Below are positions 20,080 to 30,290 of a DNA stretch of 64,000 nucleotides, piece by piece; within the stretch, counting starts at the first letter, position 1; each line of letters begins with the position of its first letter. The translations under genes and the position numbers were made by a program. This DNA is from Paramoeba atlantica (Eukaryota > Protista > Discosea): the NCBI GenBank assembly GCA_977017575.1, contig CDRNVI010000058.1, positions 62,001 to 126,000 on the forward strand, written 5' to 3'. Below the pieces are notes generated by a model. That model had not been told where the DNA came from. It ran no database searches and saw only the letters and a program-made list of their open reading frames with translations.

Positions 20080-23061
20080 CTGTCCCCCCCGTTTAAGCGC
20101 ACCGGTTCAGCCCCCCCCGTTTAAGCGCACATTTTGGAAACGAGATTTCCCGTATTTTTCAGTCAAAGCACAGACATCGGCGCCGCTTCGCGACGACGAA
20201 TTGTTTTTGTGTCCTCCGCGTTTTTTGATAGTTTTTGACTATTTTCTTGTGCGCTGATTAACTTATTATGTATTTTACCTTTTATCGAAGCTTGTATCAT
20301 AATCTTGATTATTTTTATCTCTACTTATCTTTACAATTTCTAGAATCCATTTCTCTGTTTCTTCTTTGAACAATGCCCACCCTTGATTCATGGATAACCT
20401 TCCGGCGTCCCTTGCCGAGGGTTGGTGAAGTCGTTGTTCGAAGACAAATCGCATCCAACGTAGCACAACCCTCGCCCCCAAGCGAAATCGCTGATTCGCC
20501 TGCGAAGAAAACTATGCCTAACGATTGTGAAATGCACACCATCACAATGCAAGATCGCTTGGAGATTTGTCGCTCCCCTCTAAGCGTAAATCAGCTATGC
20601 CGCAAATACGGTACAACAAGATGGACGATTATGAGAACAAAAAGCAAAGGTGAGGCTCACTACCAGGCTCACGTAAATCGGGGGGGACGGGATAGAAAGC
20701 GGGAACGTGGTTTTAACAGCGAGCGTCAGTTGGCCATGGAAAAGGTTAATGACAAAATGGTAGAGGCCGTGGACGGGAAATTTCCTGTCACGAAGCAGTT
20801 TGTTATCGAGCTTATGGAGCAGCACGGCGCTCTTAACGCACCCTTATCGGAAAAAGCGAAGGATGAAACCTACAAACATTTCAAATATGTTTTCGGTTGG
20901 ACGAATAGGAAATTCGGATCACCAATGCCTTTCTCCCGCCAATATAGAGGTGCGAATCCAGAAGTGGGCACGCCAATTGTTTATCCAAAATGGTATACGT
21001 AAATACAGGTACGTGTTTTTTGGGGACGAAACATCTTTTCCTGTAGATGGGCAAATATGGAACAGGTCCCTTGCACCGATCGGCGTACAAAACGTTTCTG
21101 TTTCAGCAGCGAATTCAAAAGAAACAGTGACAGTATTCCTTGCAGGGATTTATGAAGTGAGCCTTGACCAAGCCTATCCTCTTCCACCCACTGTGATTTT
21201 TGAGAACCATGCGCAGTGTGAAGAGTCGTCCCGAATTCTAAAAGAAGCTCGGTGCTACTCTGTGGAAATGAACTACGCGATATATGGACAGGTTTCCAGT
21301 AGTGGTTGGATGAATCTTAAATTATTTGAAAAGATATTGAAAGAATATATTGAAAGCACCAGTGACGAACACCCCCCGATTGCCATTCTCGTAGATAGTT
21401 GCACGGCGCACCAGACGGATGCTTTACCCATAAACTGTGATCTGCACCGCATCCCAGGTGGTTGCACGCCTTTTATTCAAGTTCACGACCGTTCAATTAT
21501 TTGTCTGGTCAAGAGAACGTATGAAAAAATGATAAAAAATTGGTGTCTCTCTCAAAAAACGCACGAACCGTTAAACAGAAAACAAATTCTTGAATTCATT
21601 AAGTTGGCACACGACAAAACCTGGACTACTTGCTCAGCAACGATATTAAATACCATTAGGAAGTACGTACGCGATCCACTGCTTCTTTATCCATGGGAGT
21701 GGAAGGAAAACGAGGAGGAAATGCAAAGTTCCAAGAACGCGGCAAAAAAGCGACAAAGAGAAGCTAGAGCCATGGCTGTTCACGCGGATGAACATGCGGA
21801 AGAATCTGTCCCGGAAATGAAAACATGTGATTACGTGCCTCGTTCTTCCGTTCCCTGTAGGATACCTATTTCTCCTGCCCTTAGCCTTCGACTCGTTCTA
21901 GCAGCGCGCCGCAACGCCCCTTTATTTCAACCTGCCGCCACCGGTGTTGGTGAGCACATGAAGCCGCATGTTGTGTGTTTATCTCATGAGGAAGGAGATT
22001 CTTCTGGTGCGGAAGAAGCGCAGAAAACATCTTATAAGTGGAAGACTTTGCGTCGACGAGGTGCCTTGATTCCTTCAGAGTGTGTGGACTTCATGTGCCA
22101 GCGAATTTTCGATGCCTTTATGATGCGCCACCCCGACTCAAAAACATGACTCAAAAATATGGGCAACACAAAAAATGGTTCAAATGGATGTTATCCCTGG
22201 ACATATCGAGCACAACACGCAAGTCTATGTTTGCCTGTACTATCAATGTCACTTTGTGTTAGTTCACATACAAGGTCACTTCTTTTTCGTCTACGACAGC
22301 CTCAGGGGATACGCTCCGTTTGCAGCAAAAGCAAATTTGGAAAACTTAAAAAAATGTGTTTTGCAATACTTGAAGCCGGCGAACATCAACTCTTATAGCA
22401 TTCAGTATATGGAATGCCAACAACAAATTCAGGGGGAGAATGACTGCGCATTTCATGTGGCGAACAACCTTTATCGAGTTTTGTTTCACGAGCAAAAGGA
22501 TATTATTTCGCGTGCTGAGTTGAGCATAAATTGGAAACCAAATGTCTAAGATTTTCTATTCTGCTATTTACCCTATAAATTACCCTACTAACCATAACCA
22601 TAACCATAATAAATTACCCTACTAACCACAACCAGTAAGCTTTTTCCCCTACCAGTGAGCATTTATGACATTGTTTATTGACACTGTATATTGAAAATGG
22701 AAGAAGTATGTGAGGAACTATGGGCGAGATAAATATAGTTTTTTCTTCCCAACGGGAAAGCATGGTCGGGACCTCCACGTGGTCTTTCCTGGCTCTGTCA
22801 TCCAGTTGATGACACTAACGCCGACCTCATACAGCAGGAGAATTGCATGATGACCATGAATGAGATCATTTAATGCGTAGAGACTTTCTCCCCCACTTCC
22901 TCCAACACCTACAGCTCAGGGAATACATTACACGAACGAGGAACTGCGCCGCGAAGCGGCGCAATTTTTTTTTGGGGTGGCGGTGGTGATAATGCTTCAG
23001 ACCCCCCCTTTAAGCGCACTTTTCACGAAAAGTGAGGTGCGCTTAAAGGGGGGGGGGACAG
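20080..23061 (+). mobile_element. pogo-like (DD30D) DNA transposon carrying a Ulp1-like protease
   Basis: TIRs CTGTCCCCCCC(G)TTTAAGCGCAC / GTGCGCTTAAAG10ACAG with TA on both sides (20078-9, 23062-3). The internal TIR copy is direct at the left end and inverted at the right end. Confidence 0.92.
20373..22549 (+). pseudogene. HTH-DDE_1 transposase fused to C48/Ulp1 peptidase (two frameshifts)
   Basis: GDETSF, LVDSCTAH and IQVHD, with 30 aa between D2 and D3. Frameshift near 20911 and a 13-bp duplication at 22135-22160. Protease motifs CHFVL, YDSL, QQ..GENDCAFHV. Confidence 0.82.
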
Positions 23062-23211
23062 TACTTCTTAAAAGCGAGAAATAAGATACAAAGATAGATG
23101 TGACCCTACGCAAGGAAATCCTTATAGAAAGGACTAAAACGCTTAGTAGGAAAGCAAGTATTTTCGAAAACACATGTACAATACATGTATAATAGAAATA
23201 AAAGATATATC

Positions 23212-26200
23212 TCAAGAACATTCATCATTCCCATCAACAACTGAAAGTTTAAGAGCTGATGGCTTTGTCGGTGCATTACTCACGCATAGTAAGCTCTTTT
23301 TTGCCAACGTAGGAGGCATTACTGCACATACATATTGTAGGACTCGTCTAACTTGTCGTGCAAGGCGGTTCAGTGTGTCTGGTGGGATACGAGGATCCAT
23401 ATCCATACAGTACTCCAATCCCAACTTAATTTTCTTAATGTTCCTGAATGTGTCAACATCCATCTTCACGACAATCCAGTCGTCCACGACGCATAGATTT
23501 AAGTCCTCTCGATATTTAAAATGTAAGGATGAGGCGCCGCATAGAACGAGTGGCCACAAACTTACCTCGGTGACGTCTCGTAGCTCCCCTACGCATCGTG
23601 TGCCATCGCGAAGCACCGCATTCTTTGCGACCTTCTCGCTGTACAACACGAATGTGGAAGTCTCTCCCTTAGTGGTCGCACATAGAGAGCCGTGCTTGAG
23701 ACGCAGTGTGTCGCTCACTTTTGTACGGTAATGATTCTTAGCCCCTCCCATCGCAACATTCGGGAAAAGCATGGAACTGAGAAGAGCGTGAAAAGTCGTG
23801 CCGCTGACATTTTGGGAGTACTCGGAACAGTCCACGTAGGGTTCTTCTCCTTGTCCTATCAGGCGCCGTAGTTGTCCGCGCCTTTTCTGAATCGGAAAGG
23901 GGGTTTCGTGATTCTGACTATTGTCCGCACCATTTCTCGAATTCTCGCTGCTCGATTTCTCTACCAGAAGTGATTCGTCCACGTACCCAGAAATAACAAG
24001 CTCTTCCATAAGTTGTCTTTTGATTTGTGACATAATCTTCAGTGATGGCTCGTATAGACTGTTTTCAGAGAGGAATATCCTCCGCTTCTCCTTGTCCGCC
24101 CACTTCTCAGCATAACCCCTGTAGGCGTTGAGTAGCACAAAGTGATCCGACTTCTCATTCTCTCCTAAAATATCACGAGCAATTCGAATGTCATCAACAC
24201 CCTGGTCCTGAGATGTCTTGAAAGGGTTCGTTTCGGAGGAAGCCACGAGCGTTAGAGCCACATCTAGACCTCGGAGAGCACACCCCATAAGCAACATTTT
24301 CGCATTGCTAGGGGTAGTAGGAAGTCGTGCTATATGTTTGCCAAGTCGCGTTATGTGACCTTCCGAATCAACGGCACCAATACTCATGAGTGAATTCATG
24401 GCCTGTTCAATGGAATCCTTGTCTGGTGCATCCAGTGCAGTTCCCAATACACGAGCGGGTGCTCCGAGGCCCAGATGAAGGATTGACAAGCAAAGAGCCT
24501 GAAGAGGTAATCGGAGAATTTCAGGTGTTTGAAAATCATCCAGCTGAGAGTACTCTTGGGATGTATACAATCGGTAACAATACCCCTCTTTCGTTCGCCC
24601 TGCTCTCCCTTTGCGTTGTATGCAATTGGCTTTGCTGGCATATACAGTTGTAAGTGTACTAAGTTGCGACGCCCGTTGGCCATCGGTCTGCTTAACAAGT
24701 CTTTTCTCCTTCACAGCCCCAGTATCAATAACACACACAACATCATCTATTGTGATGCCACTTTCAGCAATATTTGTTGCCAATATTACCTTCACTTTGT
24801 TTCGTGGAGCTGGTAAAAAACATTTCATCTGTTCTTGAGGATTGACAGAGCTATGCACGCAAATGATTTCAAAGTTAACCGCTTTTCCCGAGGCCTCTAA
24901 CATGTCTTTTGCGTGTACTATTTCATGCCACCCCGGTAAAAACACGAGAATTGACCCTCCGGACTCAAATAGATGATGTGTTTTAGCACCCCTTTGAATC
25001 AGAAAAGATATGAAATTGTAATCCATGGAGCGCAATTTAAGCTTTCTATCTAAGTCTTTCTTTGGTTGCTGCCTAGTTATGGCGCTAGAAGTTTGCGTTT
25101 GAGAAGCTGAACGTAAGACGCGAAGAGTGGAGATATTTTTGGCCTGAGGCTCATCCATGGTCATTTGTGCTATTTCTTCTAAATGAAAAATTTGCACGGG
25201 ATGCACCGCGTGATCAACATTTATTACTGGAGCACCTTCAAAGTATTTTGAAAAGCGGTCACTTTGGAGTGTGGCGGACATGATGACGATCTTTAAATCT
25301 TTTCGAAAACGCGAAAGTCGACGGAGAACAAGTAGTAAAAAATCAGCATTCAAATCTCGTTCGTGCACCTCATCCAATATTACGTGAGAAATACCGTCAA
25401 GTACGGGGTTACGCTCAAAGATCCGCAAAAGTATTCCACTCGAGTAATACGTGATGTGTTTCCCTGGACGAGATTCGAATCTCACGCAATGCCCAACAGA
25501 TTGACCGACTTCCTCCCCCCTTTCCTGGGCCACGCGCTGCGCAATTGATATAGCGCTAATTCTCCTCGGTTGAGTCACAACAATGTTAGTTTCCTCTTCT
25601 GTTCCCTGTCGAAAGGCTTCTTCTAGAATATATTGGGGCAATTGTGTTGATTTACCACTCCCAGTTGTTCCGCACAAAACAGTCACTTGATTGTCTTTTA
25701 TAGTGTCTACAATATGTCTGTAGTATCGGAACATCGGAAGATTTTTCCGTTTTTTGATGATTTCTTCAGACACCCGTCGTTTCGAAACGATGGCTTTTGG
25801 CGCGTTGGAGGCAGTTGATCCTCTGGGGAGTTCGGGATCCGACATTTCAGGAAGCTGCTGAACCTCGTCTACAAGCTGACTTAAGGAATCAAGAAAAGTA
25901 GTATTTGTCATGTTCAAATGAAATACATGATCAGGGTCAAGCCTTGGAAACTGCTTAAAAAGCCCTACAAGACCGGCGAATTTCGGCAAGCCTTTCATAT
26001 TAAGGCAGAGGGCTTCTTTGGCCATATCTTCAGCAACTACACGGTTTCCGTACTCACCAACGCCTTCGTAAACCGTCCCATCTTCTTCCACGGTCAAAGT
26101 AGCATGCGTGCTATTGCCCGTGTATTTTGTGCTCATTCTTGGGGGAGCAATATCGTTGCATACAGTGTACATTTCAGCGAGGCGCTGATAACCAAGACTT

Positions 26201-29200
26201 GTCATAGCTGACCCCATCCAAGCTGAAAGAGATTCAAATTGACCGGAAAATCTTTGGCGAATACGTCTTGAGTAGTCCCTTTCAGGGTCAAATTCCGGAT
26301 GTGTGCGTTTGAGAACCTCAAGGCAGTGCATTGCAGCCCTTCTTTGGGCATTTTCTTTACCTGGCATAATGCGAGAGGATGCAATCCAATCAAATCCTTT
26401 CAGCTTAACCGTGGCTGAAAACACAAACATTCCAGATGTAGTAGTCATTTTCGATGTGTATTCCGGAGCTGGTAATCCTACGCGGAGGGAAAAATTGTAG
26501 AGTACAGTCTTTGCATGTGTATCAAGTGGTTCCTTTTCCGAAGCTACTCGAGCTTCCTCCAAAATCGCATCACCACTGTGATATAGATCTTGTTTCGCAA
26601 CGCTCAAAGTATCTTCGTAGCTTCTTCTATCATTTAAATAAGTCGCACACAAAGAACAGTATTTCTCCCAATTTGCATGCCCTCCGTCCAAACAAGATGG
26701 AAAAGCCGGCTTTGCAGGCCGTAGTAAAACAGAGGCGGCGAGGCCCGGCGGCGGCAAAGAATCCGGATTCGGCTGGTCCCCAAATTTAGGTGCAGTTCGT
26801 CCCTCTTCCATCACATACGCGACATGTTCCCCTTGCGAACTAGGATTGTCGTAGATGCACACGTTAAATGCATCTAATACTCGAGAGAAATGAAGAAAAC
26901 AAAGTTGCTCAGCTTCGCATTCCATTCTAGAGACACCTATGGCAAGTTGGGTAGGAATGGTGTCCGGCAAGTAGACTTTGCAACGAGAGTAGAAGTTTCC
27001 ATTTTTTTGAACGGTTTTAAGAGAAAGATTCCTTCCAATTCGACATAGGTATGCTTCGACTGGCGCTCGATACGATCTTGCTCGAGTGTGTAAATGTGAA
27101 GTCGGTACGTTTTCCAAAGAAAGATCATTGGTGTTGAAGCTGCTGTCGGAACCAGTAGTTACAGGAATGCAAGCCGCTTCTAAATTACCTTGAGATACGG
27201 CAAGAGATAGTTCTTGTAAACTCTTATCATCGGTATCTTTGCGCAAGGGTGGAATTTGAGAAGGATTGGGGACGGGTTTATATATGCCGTCCCGAGGGGG
27301 GTATGGTGCATTTCGACCTCCTCGTCGTGCGGCCTCTGCATGCTCATACTGCAACCTAGGATCCTTGTAAATCGGATAGCCAACTGCATCCAGGTGAAGC
27401 TCGAGAGACATTGAGACAAGATGAACAATCTCTTTCTTACTACTCGCTTCCGCTGACGCAATTATGGGGGGGAAAGGATCGGGCAATTGAAGCTCAAATC
27501 TACCTTTGCGTAGAAGCCTTCCACCATCCACATATTCATCGATTTGAATGGGCAAATCCATGGATAAATTACGACTCATCGTTTTATAAAATTCCCTCAT
27601 TCGAGTTGCACAATAAATATCGACCTTCCTTGGACTGCTTATTGCGCATGATATAACGTTCGTTGTCTGTACGTCATGCTCGCGAACGAGTATAAAACCA
27701 CAAGAAGTATCCGGTTCAAAAATTTTTCGCTCATCAATCCTCTCTTTTGAAGTCAAGTCAATCGGTACATGTGCCTGTTTACTTGTTACAATGATATCCA
27801 GATATATCAAAGGAGGAGGCGAATCGATTCTGGGATTGAATCGTCGCAGATTTGCACCACAAGCATCAAGTATCCTGTATGCATGAACGTATGCAACGTG
27901 AATTGATGCGTTCTTAGTTTTGGCAATACCTTGAGCCTCTCGACTTTCACCGGAAAAATGGAGGACGAGCGTAGTCCTAAACATAAATTCTTTTTTCAAA
28001 GTTATTGTTTCTGTTCGACGACGATACGAAATATTTAGCTTGTCCAGTATTGTATGAACATCGTGGCTACGATCTGGGCCGAGCTCTTTAAGGGAATCGT
28101 AGCACGACATATCCATTCCTTCGGTCATGGCACCAGGCTTAATTCGACATGGAGGTGGGACTTTCGCCCAAGGTCGTATCTCGTCGTAACTGTACGGTGC
28201 CCATCTCCCTGTCTTTCGAGTTTCCCTTGCACGTTCATCTTGCAATGAGGTAGCTAGTGTAGATTTCTCTTGATAACCTGATCCTATCTCATGGTACCGT
28301 TCGTGAACTACGAATATAGGAACACCTAAAGCATCGAGCATCAGCTCAGCATGCTGAAAAGCAGCAGACACAGCATCCTTTTTCTTGGCTCCAATGCCCA
28401 AAGCGAACCGATCACCAAAAATACTTTTCGGCAAAAAAAGGGGAATTCTCGCCTCGAAAACGTTATGTCCCTCCTCGTCTCTCAGCACTGGTTGTTTCGT
28501 TTCTACGAAATCATTTGAACCGCAGCCTAATCGCTGATTTACGTAATTATGTATTCTATCTCTGCACTGTACATGTAGGATGCTTGCGTCCGAAATGAAA
28601 AGTCCCTGCTCAGCAAAAGCGGAACATCGACTCAGTTCAGAAACAGCTCCTTGATACTGATTTATTTGCTTTAAAGATTCCTTCCCCTGGACGCCGCTTT
28701 GATTAGAAATATCAGTTGAATCACGATCTCCAGAACTAGCTTTATCGATTAACTTTGGCACGCGTCCTAAAGGTCCACCAGTTACGTCCTTTGACATATT
28801 GGCAAGGTAGGAGTCCAAAAATTCTTTGTGCGCTTTAAAATCACAGAAGTAAAGTTGACGAATACATTCGATCATCGCGTGTCGCCCTGAGTCAATTTTT
28901 CTCCCTGAGGTCGAATTTGTAATCCACCGCGTTTCTTTCCTCCGTTTCCCCTTCTCTGTTTCGATCATACTAGAGTACCCAACAAAACTAATCCATTGTG
29001 TTGTACCGCCCAGTATTTCTGGTTGCTGAATAAATTCCATTTCTCTCTCGTCTGCTTTCAAGACACCGCTAAGCAGATCCTCAGGACGCTGATAAAAAGT
29101 AATACTTTCTGAAACAGGCATTGGTAAGACTTTATTAGGATCTTTGAAGCGAGGACAAATTGCCGTCGATGAACTTTTAGATACTAAGCTAGTCATATTC

Positions 29201-29889
29201 TTATTGGTATTACTAGCGGGCTTTTTTAGAGTAGTGTCCGACTGGATACGCATTACAGCAGGAGAAAGATTCTGCCCAGTATTTGCATGATGCCCACTTA
29301 AACTTCCTTTTTGACGTTGAAGAGAATATTCTTCTTGTCTTTTTGAGTCAGAGTAAATAGGTACGTCCAGTTCTCCTAGAAGGTCTTCAGCGTGCATACA
29401 AGCGCATACTTCGGCATCTTTTGAACTTATTGCGTAGCCAACCGCTTGTATTGTTCTATTCGATTCATCTCCTAGGGGTAAAGAAAAATAGGCTACATAT
29501 TTAGGACTTTCGCCCACCTGTTCCTCGGAAGTAAGAACTTCTTCCACAACCGGAGGAGCTACGGAAAAATCTTTCGACTTCATGTAGTTTGCTATTCTTA
29601 AGCGAGAAAAATAATCCAATGAGGAGACCTTTCGCGCAGTTTTCCAGAGAACTTTCGCGTTGGGCTTTTTTAATGTTTGTACACCAGTCCACGAAAATTT
29701 CGCCGATTGAGGGCAATATTCAGAATTCAGGTCATTCTTTTCTGGAGCAGAGCGCGCTGCCGTACATGCCTGTGGGTTAGAATTACAAACCGCGCTTACC
29801 CCGGGAATCTTTTTAGAAAGTCCAAGGGGTTGTATTTTTTTTGGAAGAAGAGTGTGATTGCTGCTTCGTAGAAAATTGAGACTTACCAT
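23212..29889 (-). CDS. REH2: RNA-editing-associated DExH-box helicase with dsRBD-like repeats (REH2/KREH2 type)
   Basis: ~2225 aa. GTTGSGKSTQLPQ, DEVHERD, MSAT, VFLPGW, ATNIAESGITI, QRKGRAGR. Repeated N-terminal modules of the type G.A..KKDA...A.MHAE..LD.L. Start moved to the first ATG (MVSLNFLRSS). Confidence 0.82.
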   Translation of the reverse strand: MVSLNFLRSSNHTLLPKKIQPLGLSKKIPGVSAVCNSNPQACTAARSAPEKNDLNSEYCPQSAKFSWTGVQTLKKPNAKVLWKTARKVSSLDYFSRLRIANYMKSKDFSVAPPVVEEVLTSEEQVGESPKYVAYFSLPLGDESNRTIQAVGYAISSKDAEVCACMHAEDLLGELDVPIYSDSKRQEEYSLQRQKGSLSGHHANTGQNLSPAVMRIQSDTTLKKPASNTNKNMTSLVSKSSSTAICPRFKDPNKVLPMPVSESITFYQRPEDLLSGVLKADEREMEFIQQPEILGGTTQWISFVGYSSMIETEKGKRRKETRWITNSTSGRKIDSGRHAMIECIRQLYFCDFKAHKEFLDSYLANMSKDVTGGPLGRVPKLIDKASSGDRDSTDISNQSGVQGKESLKQINQYQGAVSELSRCSAFAEQGLFISDASILHVQCRDRIHNYVNQRLGCGSNDFVETKQPVLRDEEGHNVFEARIPLFLPKSIFGDRFALGIGAKKKDAVSAAFQHAELMLDALGVPIFVVHERYHEIGSGYQEKSTLATSLQDERARETRKTGRWAPYSYDEIRPWAKVPPPCRIKPGAMTEGMDMSCYDSLKELGPDRSHDVHTILDKLNISYRRRTETITLKKEFMFRTTLVLHFSGESREAQGIAKTKNASIHVAYVHAYRILDACGANLRRFNPRIDSPPPLIYLDIIVTSKQAHVPIDLTSKERIDERKIFEPDTSCGFILVREHDVQTTNVISCAISSPRKVDIYCATRMREFYKTMSRNLSMDLPIQIDEYVDGGRLLRKGRFELQLPDPFPPIIASAEASSKKEIVHLVSMSLELHLDAVGYPIYKDPRLQYEHAEAARRGGRNAPYPPRDGIYKPVPNPSQIPPLRKDTDDKSLQELSLAVSQGNLEAACIPVTTGSDSSFNTNDLSLENVPTSHLHTRARSYRAPVEAYLCRIGRNLSLKTVQKNGNFYSRCKVYLPDTIPTQLAIGVSRMECEAEQLCFLHFSRVLDAFNVCIYDNPSSQGEHVAYVMEEGRTAPKFGDQPNPDSLPPPGLAASVLLRPAKPAFPSCLDGGHANWEKYCSLCATYLNDRRSYEDTLSVAKQDLYHSGDAILEEARVASEKEPLDTHAKTVLYNFSLRVGLPAPEYTSKMTTTSGMFVFSATVKLKGFDWIASSRIMPGKENAQRRAAMHCLEVLKRTHPEFDPERDYSRRIRQRFSGQFESLSAWMGSAMTSLGYQRLAEMYTVCNDIAPPRMSTKYTGNSTHATLTVEEDGTVYEGVGEYGNRVVAEDMAKEALCLNMKGLPKFAGLVGLFKQFPRLDPDHVFHLNMTNTTFLDSLSQLVDEVQQLPEMSDPELPRGSTASNAPKAIVSKRRVSEEIIKKRKNLPMFRYYRHIVDTIKDNQVTVLCGTTGSGKSTQLPQYILEEAFRQGTEEETNIVVTQPRRISAISIAQRVAQERGEEVGQSVGHCVRFESRPGKHITYYSSGILLRIFERNPVLDGISHVILDEVHERDLNADFLLLVLRRLSRFRKDLKIVIMSATLQSDRFSKYFEGAPVINVDHAVHPVQIFHLEEIAQMTMDEPQAKNISTLRVLRSASQTQTSSAITRQQPKKDLDRKLKLRSMDYNFISFLIQRGAKTHHLFESGGSILVFLPGWHEIVHAKDMLEASGKAVNFEIICVHSSVNPQEQMKCFLPAPRNKVKVILATNIAESGITIDDVVCVIDTGAVKEKRLVKQTDGQRASQLSTLTTVYASKANCIQRKGRAGRTKEGYCYRLYTSQEYSQLDDFQTPEILRLPLQALCLSILHLGLGAPARVLGTALDAPDKDSIEQAMNSLMSIGAVDSEGHITRLGKHIARLPTTPSNAKMLLMGCALRGLDVALTLVASSETNPFKTSQDQGVDDIRIARDILGENEKSDHFVLLNAYRGYAEKWADKEKRRIFLSENSLYEPSLKIMSQIKRQLMEELVISGYVDESLLVEKSSSENSRNGADNSQNHETPFPIQKRRGQLRRLIGQGEEPYVDCSEYSQNVSGTTFHALLSSMLFPNVAMGGAKNHYRTKVSDTLRLKHGSLCATTKGETSTFVLYSEKVAKNAVLRDGTRCVGELRDVTEVSLWPLVLCGASSLHFKYREDLNLCVVDDWIVVKMDVDTFRNIKKIKLGLEYCMDMDPRIPPDTLNRLARQVRRVLQYVCAVMPPTLAKKSLLCVSNAPTKPSALKLSVVDGNDECS

Positions 29890-30133
29890 AAAAAGCAAAT
29901 TGAGAATCAAAGCAAAAACATTATCAGAAATAGATTCAGTAGATTTCTTATTGTGCCAAAGCACACACAGTAGCACGCGATACTTAACAAAAAAAGTTCC
30001 CAAAAAAGAATTCGGTAGCTTTTTCCGACTTCATATACAGTAAAAGTCACAATTCTCAGAATCACTAAAAATAAGAATTGGGATGTCAACGTGCAACTAG
30101 GAAAAATGAGAATACAATTTCAACCTGTACACC

Positions 30134-30290
30134 AATCTACAGTGTAAAGATACAGTTTCTGTACCTTGTTGGTACATTTTGCTAGCCCTTCCTTTCTTTT
30201 CCCGGAAACGGACATATTCTTACTTTTAAATGCCCGTTTCCGGCTGACGGCTAGCTGGAACTGTCCCTCTTTGTCGCGGAAGTAGGGGAC
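30134..30290 (+). ncRNA. Spliced-leader (mini-exon) RNA gene, single copy
   Basis: AATCTACAGTGTAAAGATACAGTTTCTGTACCTTGTTG|GTAC: the euglenozoan core ACAGTTTCTGTAC..TTG followed by a GT donor at 30172. Stem I TGTAC/GTACA spans the donor; long stem II (GCTAGCC/GGCTAGC; CCGGAAACGG/CCGTTTCCGG); single-stranded GGAACTG; stem III GTCCC/GGGAC. Confidence 0.85.

Noticed and set aside
13487-22549. Functional SUMO module from UBC9 plus the Ulp1-like protease
   Set aside because: The protease is inside a TIR-bounded mobile element 8 kb away; gene order in kinetoplastid polycistrons is generally not functional.
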